NCBI GenBank assembly: GCA_028700115.1
Contig: JAQVTI010000005.1
Location: 22,166 to 54,165, forward strand
Source: Candidatus Iainarchaeum sp.
Lineage (GTDB): Archaea; Iainarchaeota; Iainarchaeia; Iainarchaeales; CSSED10-239
Direction: 5' to 3'
DNA length: 32,000 nucleotides
The notes under the pieces: model-generated
The model's input: only the letters and a program-made list of their open reading frames with translations
What the model was told of the DNA's origin: nothing
The model's database searches: none
Position numbers and translations under genes: made by a program
Part shown: positions 23,801 through 31,393 of the stretch, piece by piece
Layout of the letters: each line of letters begins with the position of its first letter
How positions within the stretch are numbered: position 1 is the stretch's first letter

Positions 23801-26800
23801 AATATTTTTATTATACAATTTAGCATTATAAACTCTATCATCATCTAAGACTTCTAAGAAAGGATTCTCCATCCATAATTGATCTTTAACATTTACTCTT
23901 AAATTTTTTGTAACTCTAGAAAGCACTCTATCATTTTGATTCATAGCTTCAATCAAAACATTAATAATATACGCTCCAGGAACTTCTGGTTTATAAATAT
24001 CTACAATCTTTTCTTGGTCTCCAACAGAAAACACAATCTCATTATTTTGATTTCCTGAAAGATTACCATACTCTAAATCTTGACAAGAAAAATGGTTTGC
24101 TTTATCATCACAAAATGTAAGTCTAAACTTACCATTATTAGAACATTTATTTCTAATAGTAACTTCTTGAGAAGAACCAATAATTGTCTCACTATCAATT
24201 ACAAACATACCGTTTTGATTAATTGTTTTACCATCTTGTTCAAACTCAAAACATTCATTTATATTTACAATTGAAAACTCAGAATCTAAAAATTGTTCAG
24301 TATCTCCATTATTAACATATTCTAAACCATCTTCTGTTTCTACTTGTCCATTAATATAAAGATCTGTTTTTATATCTCCAAACTTTAAAACTCCAGAATT
24401 AAATGTAATTGTAACCATATAATCTGTTTCTGGTTCAATTGTATCATATGCTTTTTTATAAATTCCTTCTGAAAGTCTAGTTGTTTGTCCATTCAAACTT
24501 ACATCATAATATCCAGTCTTGTCTTCTGTATTTACAATCTTAAATTTTAAATTTCTTAAACTTAAAAATGTATCTGGATTATCATAAGACTTACAATTAT
24601 TCTGAACAATAAAACTTATAGTTTGAGCTTTAGAACCATCAATTACTCCTTCCCAAACTTTTTCATGTCCAGATGTAGTTAAACAATTATCTTGTAAAAC
24701 TCCATTTCCTACAGAAATTATAACTTCAATAGGCACAGAAAAAATATACTCACTACTTTCAATTGAAGTAGTTCCTGTTAAAACACCTGAAAGATATTTA
24801 GTTTCAAATAAACTAACAGCATCTAAAGAAGGTGAAATCTTTACTTCTAAAGTTCTACTTGAGTTTGCAGGAATTACAAAACCTTCAGAGATTTGTGTAT
24901 TTAAAAACTCTAAAGTCTTTTCAACAGCAAGATAATTTGATTCTTCAAAATAAATTCCTTCTGTTTCAAACTCATTTAAAGTCATATCAAACTCAGTTAA
25001 GTTCTCAATTGTAATTTCTTTAATAGTCCCATTTACTTCATTTTTATTAATATTAATTTCTAAAGGAGCATCATCTGTAATTTCTACAGAACCATCTAAA
25101 ATATTTAAAACATCTTGATTTGCAGAAACTTCAATTCTTTCTGCAAAATAAGTTGCTTTTGTAGCTTCAATTATTAGTTTTTCTCCAATCTCTAAAGGTG
25201 CAAGAGAAACTAAAACTTCTCCTAAGTCATTTGTTTTTTTATCTAAAACAACAGGATATTCATATCCATTTACTTTATAATAAATATTTACAGTAACATC
25301 TGAAAGGAAAGTGTTTTCTTCTTGATCTTTAATTGTGATTAAAAGATCAAATGGTTTATTAGGAACAATATTTACAGGAGAATAATTTACTTGCATATTG
25401 TGTAAATTTCCAACTAAAAGATTAAGTCCTAATGAATAAATTTCTTGTTGATCATTAATAATTTGATGATACAGTCTAGATTGTCCAAGATATAATGGAG
25501 AAAGTGTATTTTTGAAAAATGTTTCAGAATATGAAGGTATACTTTCAGTTAAAATTTCGTCTTCATTAAAAGGTATCTTAAAACTTTCTTCTCCAGCAGT
25601 TAAATAACCAGTATCATTAAACGCACCTGAAATTTCATAATTTTTAATATTTACAACTTCAAGTGGGTTATTATATAAATCAGAATTAAAAATTAATAAT
25701 CTAGATTCATCAAAATCATCAGAAGATGAATTTGTTAAATAATATTCTAATAAATAATCAGAATTAATTTGCATAGGCACATCTAGATTAGAACTTATAT
25801 CAGATCTAATATCTTTTAAAACATCAACATATTGTCCTTTAAAACAAAAGCTAGAACTACAAAGTTCTTCTGCATCTATGTAATATTGATAATATTCATA
25901 TAATGAATTATTTGTATAATCTTCAAAATTATCAGAATATGAATTAAAATAAACAGGAACAACTTCATTAATTGCAGCATCATGTGTTCTAATAGGCACA
26001 GTTAATTCATAAACTCCAGGAGAAATATTATCCCATAAGATATCAATTAGTTTTGCATGCATATCTGAAGATATAATTTCTGTAAAAGGATATTCTTTAA
26101 AATATTTAGTTACACCTAATGTGTTTGTAATTGGATTTATAAAAACAATATCATCATCAGAAGAATTTTTACTTCCAATCTTAAAAACAAATCCCATTTT
26201 TTCTGAAGCTATTGGATTTGTTAATCTATATTTAAAATAAAATATTTTATTATTTTCTAAAGCATCAACTTCTTGACTAGTAGAATCATAAACTCCTAAA
26301 TAATCAACTAAAGGTGTGCTTCCAGTATATTCACTAGATAAAATAATATCTTTTGTAATAACTGTATCATTTTCCACTCTAATTACTTCTGTAAAATATG
26401 GCATATAACCTTCTTTTGAAACCTTAACATAAACTCTTTTATCTGCTTTTAAAGTCTTTGAATAAGTTCCGTTTTGTGTAGAATAATCAGTACCTAATAA
26501 ATCACCTGTATCTAAATAAAAATCAAGTGTAGCATCTGAAACAGAATCTCCTAGACTATCAAAAATATTTAATCTTAAAGTTCCTTCTCCAATAAACACA
26601 GAAACTAAAGCATTACTATCTTCTGGAGGAGTATGTGTAAACTCTTCAGAAACTCCTTCTAGATAAAGTTGTTTTAGTTTAATAAAATAATCTCCTTCTG
26701 GAATATTTTCAAAACTAACTTCTCCATTTGAATCTGTTGTTAAAAAATCAAATCTAGAATCAATATAACCAGTTTGAGAATCATAGATTAAAACTTTAGA

Positions 26801-28144
26801 AAAAGCAACAGGAATTTCTTCTTCATCTAAAGCCTTTACATTTATATTAGAAACATTACTTACAGTAACTTCTTCTAATTTAATAATATAATTATTAGAA
26901 TCATTAACTTCCACAATTTCAGGGATGTAATTTAATGCAGAACCTCTAATTGAATAATCTTTTCCTTCTTCAATTAAAAAAGTAAAATCAGTTGGATCTG
27001 TTTTAACCTGAACAGATTCATTTCCATCTAAAATTAATTTTATTTGAGGTTCATAAACTAAATCATCTATAATTTCTAAAGTTTCTTTATCTTTTAAAGT
27101 AACTTCAATTAATCTAGTTGAAACTACTTGGTTAGTATCAGGATCAACTAAACTATTTGGATCTTGTGAATCCATTAAATATAAATTTGCTTTTGTTAAA
27201 TTATCTTTTTCAATTACAATGTCTTTTGAAGAAGAAAGATATCTATTTACAGAATCACTAGTAACTATTCTATAACTTCCGGTAGGTAAGTTATTAAACT
27301 CAGAAACCCCCCAAACTGTGTCTTTAACTTTAAATGGATTTAATAAATCGTCTGAAGAATAAACTGAAACTGTAATTCCATCAATAAATTGAGATTGACT
27401 TCCATTTTTTATAGTAGTAACTTTTAAAGATCCAGTATCCACATACAAATAAATATAATCTAATTTTACAACAGATTGATTTTCAGGAATAATAATTCCT
27501 TCAGTTACATAATTTTCTCCTTTAACACTAGCAATAATAGAACCACAATTAGAAGGAACATCAAAAGTATATTTTCCATTATCTACAACTAAGTTTGTAG
27601 GAGATATTTTATCTCCATTTTCACATCTTAAAGTAACATTTAATGCTTCTAAGATTAATGAAGTTGTAGAAGAGTCTACAAAAGACAATGTTTTATTAAA
27701 TGAAGTAGGAACATCTAAAGTTTCTAAAATAACTTTAAACTCAGAAAGATTAGGATCTACATCTTTTTCAAAAAGTTTATATCCCTTACTTTTAATTACA
27801 ACCTGATACATTTTTTTTGTGTCTAATGAAATAATTTTCTTTCCAGATGAATCAGAAACATAAGTTATCTCTTCACCTGTATTTATGTTTTTTATATCAA
27901 AAGAAAAGTTAGTTAAAAGCAAACCAGTATCATCTGCTAGTTTAAATGTAACATCATTATAAACCGGAACAGGATTTAAGATATATGGTTTAAATATAAA
28001 AAATAATATTACTAAAATTATTAAAATAAATATCCAAAAAGAAACTAATTTATTTTTTTTATCTAACTTAGAAGTTATTTTTTTTATAGGTATTCTTTGA
28101 TCTACTTTATCTAAAAAATCTTGCCATTTATCTCCAAAAGACAT
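20801..28144 (-). CDS. Giant (2447 aa) type-II-anchored surface protein: short N-terminus, one TM, Ig-like domain array, shared C-terminal module
   Basis: This is a 7.3-kb open ORF. A GGTGAT SD (28150-28155) lies 5 nt upstream of the ATG. The TM spans about residues 34-51 (VSFWIFILIILVILFFIF). At least six CarboxypepD_reg/PEGA-like units occupy residues ~60-600, e.g. NINVKALDEEEIPVAFSKVLIYDSQTGYIDSRFDFLTTDSNGEVSFENIPEGDYFIKL. The stop is TGA. Confidence 0.95.
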   Translation of the reverse strand: MSFGDKWQDFLDKVDQRIPIKKITSKLDKKNKLVSFWIFILIILVILFFIFKPYILNPVPVYNDVTFKLADDTGLLLTNFSFDIKNINTGEEITYVSDSSGKKIISLDTKKMYQVVIKSKGYKLFEKDVDPNLSEFKVILETLDVPTSFNKTLSFVDSSTTSLILEALNVTLRCENGDKISPTNLVVDNGKYTFDVPSNCGSIIASVKGENYVTEGIIIPENQSVVKLDYIYLYVDTGSLKVTTIKNGSQSQFIDGITVSVYSSDDLLNPFKVKDTVWGVSEFNNLPTGSYRIVTSDSVNRYLSSSKDIVIEKDNLTKANLYLMDSQDPNSLVDPDTNQVVSTRLIEVTLKDKETLEIIDDLVYEPQIKLILDGNESVQVKTDPTDFTFLIEEGKDYSIRGSALNYIPEIVEVNDSNNYIIKLEEVTVSNVSNINVKALDEEEIPVAFSKVLIYDSQTGYIDSRFDFLTTDSNGEVSFENIPEGDYFIKLKQLYLEGVSEEFTHTPPEDSNALVSVFIGEGTLRLNIFDSLGDSVSDATLDFYLDTGDLLGTDYSTQNGTYSKTLKADKRVYVKVSKEGYMPYFTEVIRVENDTVITKDIILSSEYTGSTPLVDYLGVYDSTSQEVDALENNKIFYFKYRLTNPIASEKMGFVFKIGSKNSSDDDIVFINPITNTLGVTKYFKEYPFTEIISSDMHAKLIDILWDNISPGVYELTVPIRTHDAAINEVVPVYFNSYSDNFEDYTNNSLYEYYQYYIDAEELCSSSFCFKGQYVDVLKDIRSDISSNLDVPMQINSDYLLEYYLTNSSSDDFDESRLLIFNSDLYNNPLEVVNIKNYEISGAFNDTGYLTAGEESFKIPFNEDEILTESIPSYSETFFKNTLSPLYLGQSRLYHQIINDQQEIYSLGLNLLVGNLHNMQVNYSPVNIVPNKPFDLLITIKDQEENTFLSDVTVNIYYKVNGYEYPVVLDKKTNDLGEVLVSLAPLEIGEKLIIEATKATYFAERIEVSANQDVLNILDGSVEITDDAPLEININKNEVNGTIKEITIENLTEFDMTLNEFETEGIYFEESNYLAVEKTLEFLNTQISEGFVIPANSSRTLEVKISPSLDAVSLFETKYLSGVLTGTTSIESSEYIFSVPIEVIISVGNGVLQDNCLTTSGHEKVWEGVIDGSKAQTISFIVQNNCKSYDNPDTFLSLRNLKFKIVNTEDKTGYYDVSLNGQTTRLSEGIYKKAYDTIEPETDYMVTITFNSGVLKFGDIKTDLYINGQVETEDGLEYVNNGDTEQFLDSEFSIVNINECFEFEQDGKTINQNGMFVIDSETIIGSSQEVTIRNKCSNNGKFRLTFCDDKANHFSCQDLEYGNLSGNQNNEIVFSVGDQEKIVDIYKPEVPGAYIINVLIEAMNQNDRVLSRVTKNLRVNVKDQLWMENPFLEVLDDDRVYNAKLYNKNIVKTPWDYAEQKVEGHDGFSKFMSDDFENNDGTIYTKAKFSDNGNLENGFPIGGSSGYDEFFAKLHNNLGGVGYYLSGIFPLAELIYNTIASDSKHYAWDYSLDVGNILNEDESTKIQVIETQDVEPMYLDVFDITGARHFNYLSQKVEAFGNLAKDEDIINSLDACSLKNSNFELYEDDLYNGLYGKILATSTNCSPLEITNNNSRYDFKTTCTGSAVFRQKLDLEYISIATCKENQTVWPEQSGIKPIEFVLTSSFLDTFNNSSTQNIFKEYNIYPTYNDTVDIVDPAFDGSSKIGKFRFEFHKLNVNEQPNVDLELTSCYTDTDKQGYTGEGIVPNVSLDWSWQDTEINRCSETYCDGAQLSIEIINRLKLIKDFLESQDGISCPLSEEQILASALDGSYGYSAEPSIIENEINYNSVGIKRGIFAFDNENNFNIKTYIKNRTLETKQGSLDFSFGSNLPDHVYVYSYSSSVPQEIEVSSNGIYDLQIDADDTLIVTMVYDNSNLFEQEDMSLEINYSGESVDPINNNFNSIVDLFIYDSASSSQSCLVPSTTKVINNIDFIDYWFNADMYPEQVMTNGGFGLTQEDIDYLKSLISFEAYLITDNYNQFLKDDFDLAYCGQASFEDGLSCGPYSLGASVVSDYTNGILSNVYRDNLEFTLKHSYQDEVSINTPGKYRVRIDLDFDNEFWNFEQDSQVDLNSVVTFDYVPVSSENNSVFYRLPFDGFLGYTENGYNRQGYGLSYFGDEILISQENEEPILTSNDTSSNAFGVLNVLKENDFFKINSNVNSRGNLLNIEYDSDQTQLVFSPSNATPVLMSVGINRLETFTIFYKLLDVTDSVLGDVVYGNSNLFRWSGVGDGCDFSGDYIYSTFNNTFDDMSLPEDGINNAYKISWTQTPSKIGKIYLRTIVYTPLNRIFEIKDKSGNSADVTFNVYDLPEGVIEIESLKQLFSYILENKVCVTNSEDGLKSEFWWNPSEVYGQDNVFTQNYPDSLQCS
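20804..22912 (-). other. Shared C-terminal module, copy in the 2447-aa protein (residues ~1745-2447)
   Basis: The module carries FRFEFHKLNVNEQPNVDLELTSC, PNVSLDWSW, YCDGAQLSIEIINRLKLIKDF, FEAYLITDNYNQFLKDDFDLAY, PGKYRVRIDLDFDN, SVFYRLPFDGFLGY..RQGYG, RGNLLNIEYDS, VFSPSNATPVLMSV, WSGVGDGCDFSG, IYLRTIVYTPL and NKVCVTNS..LQCS. Confidence 0.8.
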
Positions 28145-28191
28145 TTAAAATCACCAAAATATATTTTAATATATATGTAGATATTTTAGTT

Positions 28192-28199
28192 TTTAAATA
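28192..28199 (-). promoter_or_regulatory. TATA-box-like element upstream of the 2447-aa gene
   Basis: The quasi-symmetric string tttaaata/tatttaaa lies about 48-55 nt upstream of the 28144 ATG. It sits between the terminator-like structure of the 1025-aa gene and the GGTGAT SD. The same 10-mer, ttttaaatat, recurs at 3781-3790 upstream of hisS. Support is weak because the background is so AT-rich. Confidence 0.25.
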
Positions 28200-28221
28200 T
28201 ATGTTTTTTAGAAATAATAAA

Positions 28222-28274
28222 TAAAAAAATAAAAGAAAAAGAAAAAAGATTTTATTTTTTAAAAAATAAAATCT
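28222..28274 (-). terminator. Palindrome plus U-tract, candidate terminator of the 1025-aa gene
   Basis: A perfect 28-bp palindrome (28247-28260 agattttatttttt / 28261-28274 aaaaaataaaatct) overlaps the TAG stop. On the minus strand it is followed by TTTTTCTTTTTCTTTTATTTTTTT. The trailing 16-mer TTTTTCTTTTTCTTTT is identical to the one after the HU hairpin. Confidence 0.45.
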
Positions 28275-31200
28275 AATCTATAATACATCCACCGTTTTGT
28301 TTAATCCAAGAATTCATATTTTCAGTATCTAAACTTCCAAAATATTCTTCATAAACAAACTTAGGATTATAATAAACATTCATACTTGTAGATGAATAGT
28401 TTACACATGCTTTTTTATCAGCAATCATATCATAGATATCTTTAATTGTTTGAATATCATTACTATAGATATTTTCTAAATCAACAATTGTTCCATCTCC
28501 TGAGTTTGTATAAAACATTAAATCATCAGAATATGAATCTGCAACTAATTGACTTGTACCATTTCCTAAAGGTGAGTTACTTGGTGTATAAAGAATAGTC
28601 TTTAAGAAAACACTACCATTCTTTCTAATAATCTCATCTTCTGGCCATTCAACACCATATGTAAAGTTTTGAGATGGTGTATATGGAGCAAGTTCAGATT
28701 GAGTAGCTAAAATATCTGCTCTATCAATAAATATTTCTTGAACTGAAATTCCAGTAAAATCTTTACATTCTCCAATTCCTGTCCATTTTGTTAAATAACT
28801 TCCAGGACTTGCAGCTTCTCCTCCTTGGTCTTCAGGAGCTCCAACACTTAGTTTATAAAAAGCATAAGCATCATTGTTTGTGTTTGTAACTTTCATAACA
28901 ACAGGTGTTGCTCTAGAAGGAGCAAATCTTACTTCAGGAGCAGAATGTGAAGAGTTTGTTTGAACAGAAAGGATTTGTCCTCTTGTTTGGTTATTATTTA
29001 ATTTTGAAAAATCCCCTGGTCTATTTCCAATCTCAGTAAAACTAACTGTGTTTACTGTGTTTGAAGCAGTAAAAGGTTCTGATCTAATAACAGTTGCCTG
29101 ACCATCATTATAAACCTCTAAAACATCTCCAATGTAATCAATTCCATAACCTTGTCTTGCATTTTCAGAAAGCACACCAACTAAACCATCAAATGGCATA
29201 TAATAGATAGGTGCATCTTTTTCAGGAGGCATTTCCTTAGATAAAACAATTTCCACATCTCCTACAATGTTTCCAAAATCATCAAAAATTCTCCATTGAT
29301 CATCAAATGTAACATCAACTAAAACTTCATATCTTCCAGGACCAGGTAAAACTAATTTTCCAGATTCTGAATCAAATGAGCTAGTGTATGCAAATTTATC
29401 ATGATCTAATAAAAGTTTATATAAACCTTCTTCTGTAGTATCATCGTAATAATACTGTGGATATGCCATAAAGGTCATTCTATAATATTCATCAAAATCT
29501 TCTAAAAAATCATTTGAATATCCATCAAGCATTAAAAGTGATCTAAAGTTAACTAATTTATCATAATCAAAATTATTTAATTCTCTAGCAAAATCTTTTA
29601 TATTTTCAGAAGTATGTTCTAGAGAACATTCAACTCCTTCTGTTGAAAATATATTTTCTAAGAAATTATCTAAAGATCTAGGTTCATTATATTCTGAGTT
29701 TAAATCAGAAGTAAAATTACTTAAAGATGCAGTTACAGTTAACTTTTCAGGATCTGCAAAGTAACCTGCATTTAAAGAAACTTCTCCACTTATATTTTCT
29801 AAAGAAAGTTCTTCTCTTGAAAGTTCAACTTCAACAGAATCTAAAATTACACTATTTGAATTTTCTAAACTTAAAGTCAAAGTAGCACTAGAATCACTTG
29901 AAGGATTAATTCCAGAAAAATCATAATAAGATTCTAAAGTATATTCTACATTTACTAAACTTAATGAATCATATTCTGAGTTTAGAGAAGTTATTCCAAC
30001 ATTATCTGTTTGAACTTCTAAATCTTGAGTTACACCTGGCATAGGACAAGTAAACTCAGAACTGTTTTGTAAAACATATTCTTCAAGTTGATGTAATTTA
30101 TTTAAAATTTCAATATTAAATTGAGTAGCATCACAATACATTCCAGTGTCTGTAATAGAATCATTTCCTGATGATCCACTTGTAATTGATTTAGAATCAA
30201 CATCACACCATGTATCTTTTGTAAGTTCTTGACCATTTATTGCAATTGTATTACCAGTATCAAAGTCCCAATCAAATGAAACTCTTGGTAAAGATTCTTC
30301 TCCTGTTGTTCCAAGAATAATACCACCATCTACACAATCTAGTTCTTCTAATTCTAAAGTTGAATCTTCATCAACTGTCCAAGAATTAAAGACTAAATGG
30401 AATGCTTGTTTTTCTTCTTTAACTTCAGCCATATCTTGTAGTTCTTTTGCTAAAGTTTTTCCATCTAAAATTTTATCAAGTCTTAAAGCACTTGTAACTG
30501 AATAAAATGGCATAAAATATAAATTTGCCCATCCTAAATCATCTTTTATCATATCAAATTTTAAATTAATATAAATTTCTTCTTCATCAAATAAAAGTTT
30601 AGGATATTTTGTAACTAAAAATCTATACTCATAATCATTTCCAACAGTTTTGTTTGGATCTTCAAAAAGAATTCCTCTTTTTTGAGCAGAAGTTACATTA
30701 TTATTTAAATCATATGTAGTATATTCTTCTGTTGTTTCTTCTAATCTAAATGTAGGCGAATTAGATCTATCTAATGAAGGTAAATCAACAGTTTGAATAA
30801 ACTCAGTATCTAAAATATTTTTATCAGTAATTGTCATTGTCTCATAAGGCAAAGTATCTGTTTCATATGTATTATAATTTGGATCATTTGGAGACATTAT
30901 TCTTTGTAAATAAAAATCTGCAGCATAATTTGAATAATCAGGATAATCTATATAATCAGATTTATCATTTGAAATATTAACTAAATCTTTTGTTAAAACA
31001 AATTCAAATTTAGTATCTTTTACATTTTGATATGTTTTAAATCCAGAAACTGCTCCAGCTAAAACACCATGTATAATAGGAGAAGGACCTACTATTTTTT
31101 CAACTAAATCTATTGCAACATTAGTTAAATTTCCTAAAAGATAACCAGAATTATTTCCTCCTGTTAGAAAATTTCCTAAATTTCCTGCTAAAGCATTATT

Positions 31201-31350
31201 ATTTTGTGAATTATTATATTGATTAGTACTATTTTGTGTGTTTGTTTGTTGTCCATCACCATCTGCAGCAAAAATATTTGCAGAAAAAACACACATAAGC
31301 ATAAGTCCAACTAATAAAACACTTAAAATCTTCATATTCATTTTTTTCAT
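28273..31350 (-). CDS. Secreted 1025-aa protein: cleavable signal peptide, Q/N-rich N-terminal region, shared C-terminal module
   Basis: The Sec-type signal is MKKMNMKILSVLLVGLMLMCVFSANIFA, followed by ADGDG. A GGTG SD (31359-31362) lies 8 nt upstream of the ATG. Residues ~315-1025 are colinear with the C-termini of the 2447-aa and 2155-aa proteins. The stop is TAG. Confidence 0.95.
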   Translation of the reverse strand: MKKMNMKILSVLLVGLMLMCVFSANIFAADGDGQQTNTQNSTNQYNNSQNNNALAGNLGNFLTGGNNSGYLLGNLTNVAIDLVEKIVGPSPIIHGVLAGAVSGFKTYQNVKDTKFEFVLTKDLVNISNDKSDYIDYPDYSNYAADFYLQRIMSPNDPNYNTYETDTLPYETMTITDKNILDTEFIQTVDLPSLDRSNSPTFRLEETTEEYTTYDLNNNVTSAQKRGILFEDPNKTVGNDYEYRFLVTKYPKLLFDEEEIYINLKFDMIKDDLGWANLYFMPFYSVTSALRLDKILDGKTLAKELQDMAEVKEEKQAFHLVFNSWTVDEDSTLELEELDCVDGGIILGTTGEESLPRVSFDWDFDTGNTIAINGQELTKDTWCDVDSKSITSGSSGNDSITDTGMYCDATQFNIEILNKLHQLEEYVLQNSSEFTCPMPGVTQDLEVQTDNVGITSLNSEYDSLSLVNVEYTLESYYDFSGINPSSDSSATLTLSLENSNSVILDSVEVELSREELSLENISGEVSLNAGYFADPEKLTVTASLSNFTSDLNSEYNEPRSLDNFLENIFSTEGVECSLEHTSENIKDFARELNNFDYDKLVNFRSLLMLDGYSNDFLEDFDEYYRMTFMAYPQYYYDDTTEEGLYKLLLDHDKFAYTSSFDSESGKLVLPGPGRYEVLVDVTFDDQWRIFDDFGNIVGDVEIVLSKEMPPEKDAPIYYMPFDGLVGVLSENARQGYGIDYIGDVLEVYNDGQATVIRSEPFTASNTVNTVSFTEIGNRPGDFSKLNNNQTRGQILSVQTNSSHSAPEVRFAPSRATPVVMKVTNTNNDAYAFYKLSVGAPEDQGGEAASPGSYLTKWTGIGECKDFTGISVQEIFIDRADILATQSELAPYTPSQNFTYGVEWPEDEIIRKNGSVFLKTILYTPSNSPLGNGTSQLVADSYSDDLMFYTNSGDGTIVDLENIYSNDIQTIKDIYDMIADKKACVNYSSTSMNVYYNPKFVYEEYFGSLDTENMNSWIKQNGGCIID
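28276..30408 (-). other. Shared C-terminal module, copy in the 1025-aa protein (residues ~315-1025)
   Basis: The module carries AFHLVFNSWTVDEDSTLELEELDC, PRVSFDWDF, YCDATQFNIEILNKLHQLEEY, FRSLLMLDGYSNDFLEDFDEYY, PGRYEVLVDVTFDD, PIYYMPFDGLVGV..RQGYG (YYMPFDG at nt 29185-29205), RGQILSVQTNS, RFAPSRATPVVMKV, WTGIGECKDFTG, VFLKTILYTPS and KKACVNYS..GGCIID. Confidence 0.8.
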
Positions 31351-31393
31351 TTTAATTACACCTACATTTTTTAAATATCATTTTTATTAAAAT

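Noticed and set aside
19998-25014. Plus-strand ORFs at 19998-20345, 21490-21687, 24080-24274 and 24832-25014
   Set aside because: All are antisense to the long, motif-bearing minus-strand genes. Their products are K/N/H/L/Y-rich low-complexity sequence with no start context. I treat them as chance open frames.
4401-31350. The giant-gene block as a mobile element, prophage or diversity-generating retroelement target locus
   Set aside because: I recognised no integrase, transposase, reverse transcriptase, capsid or terminase motifs. I saw no flanking direct or inverted repeats and no template/variable repeat pair at the DNA level. The composition looks the same as that of the housekeeping genes.
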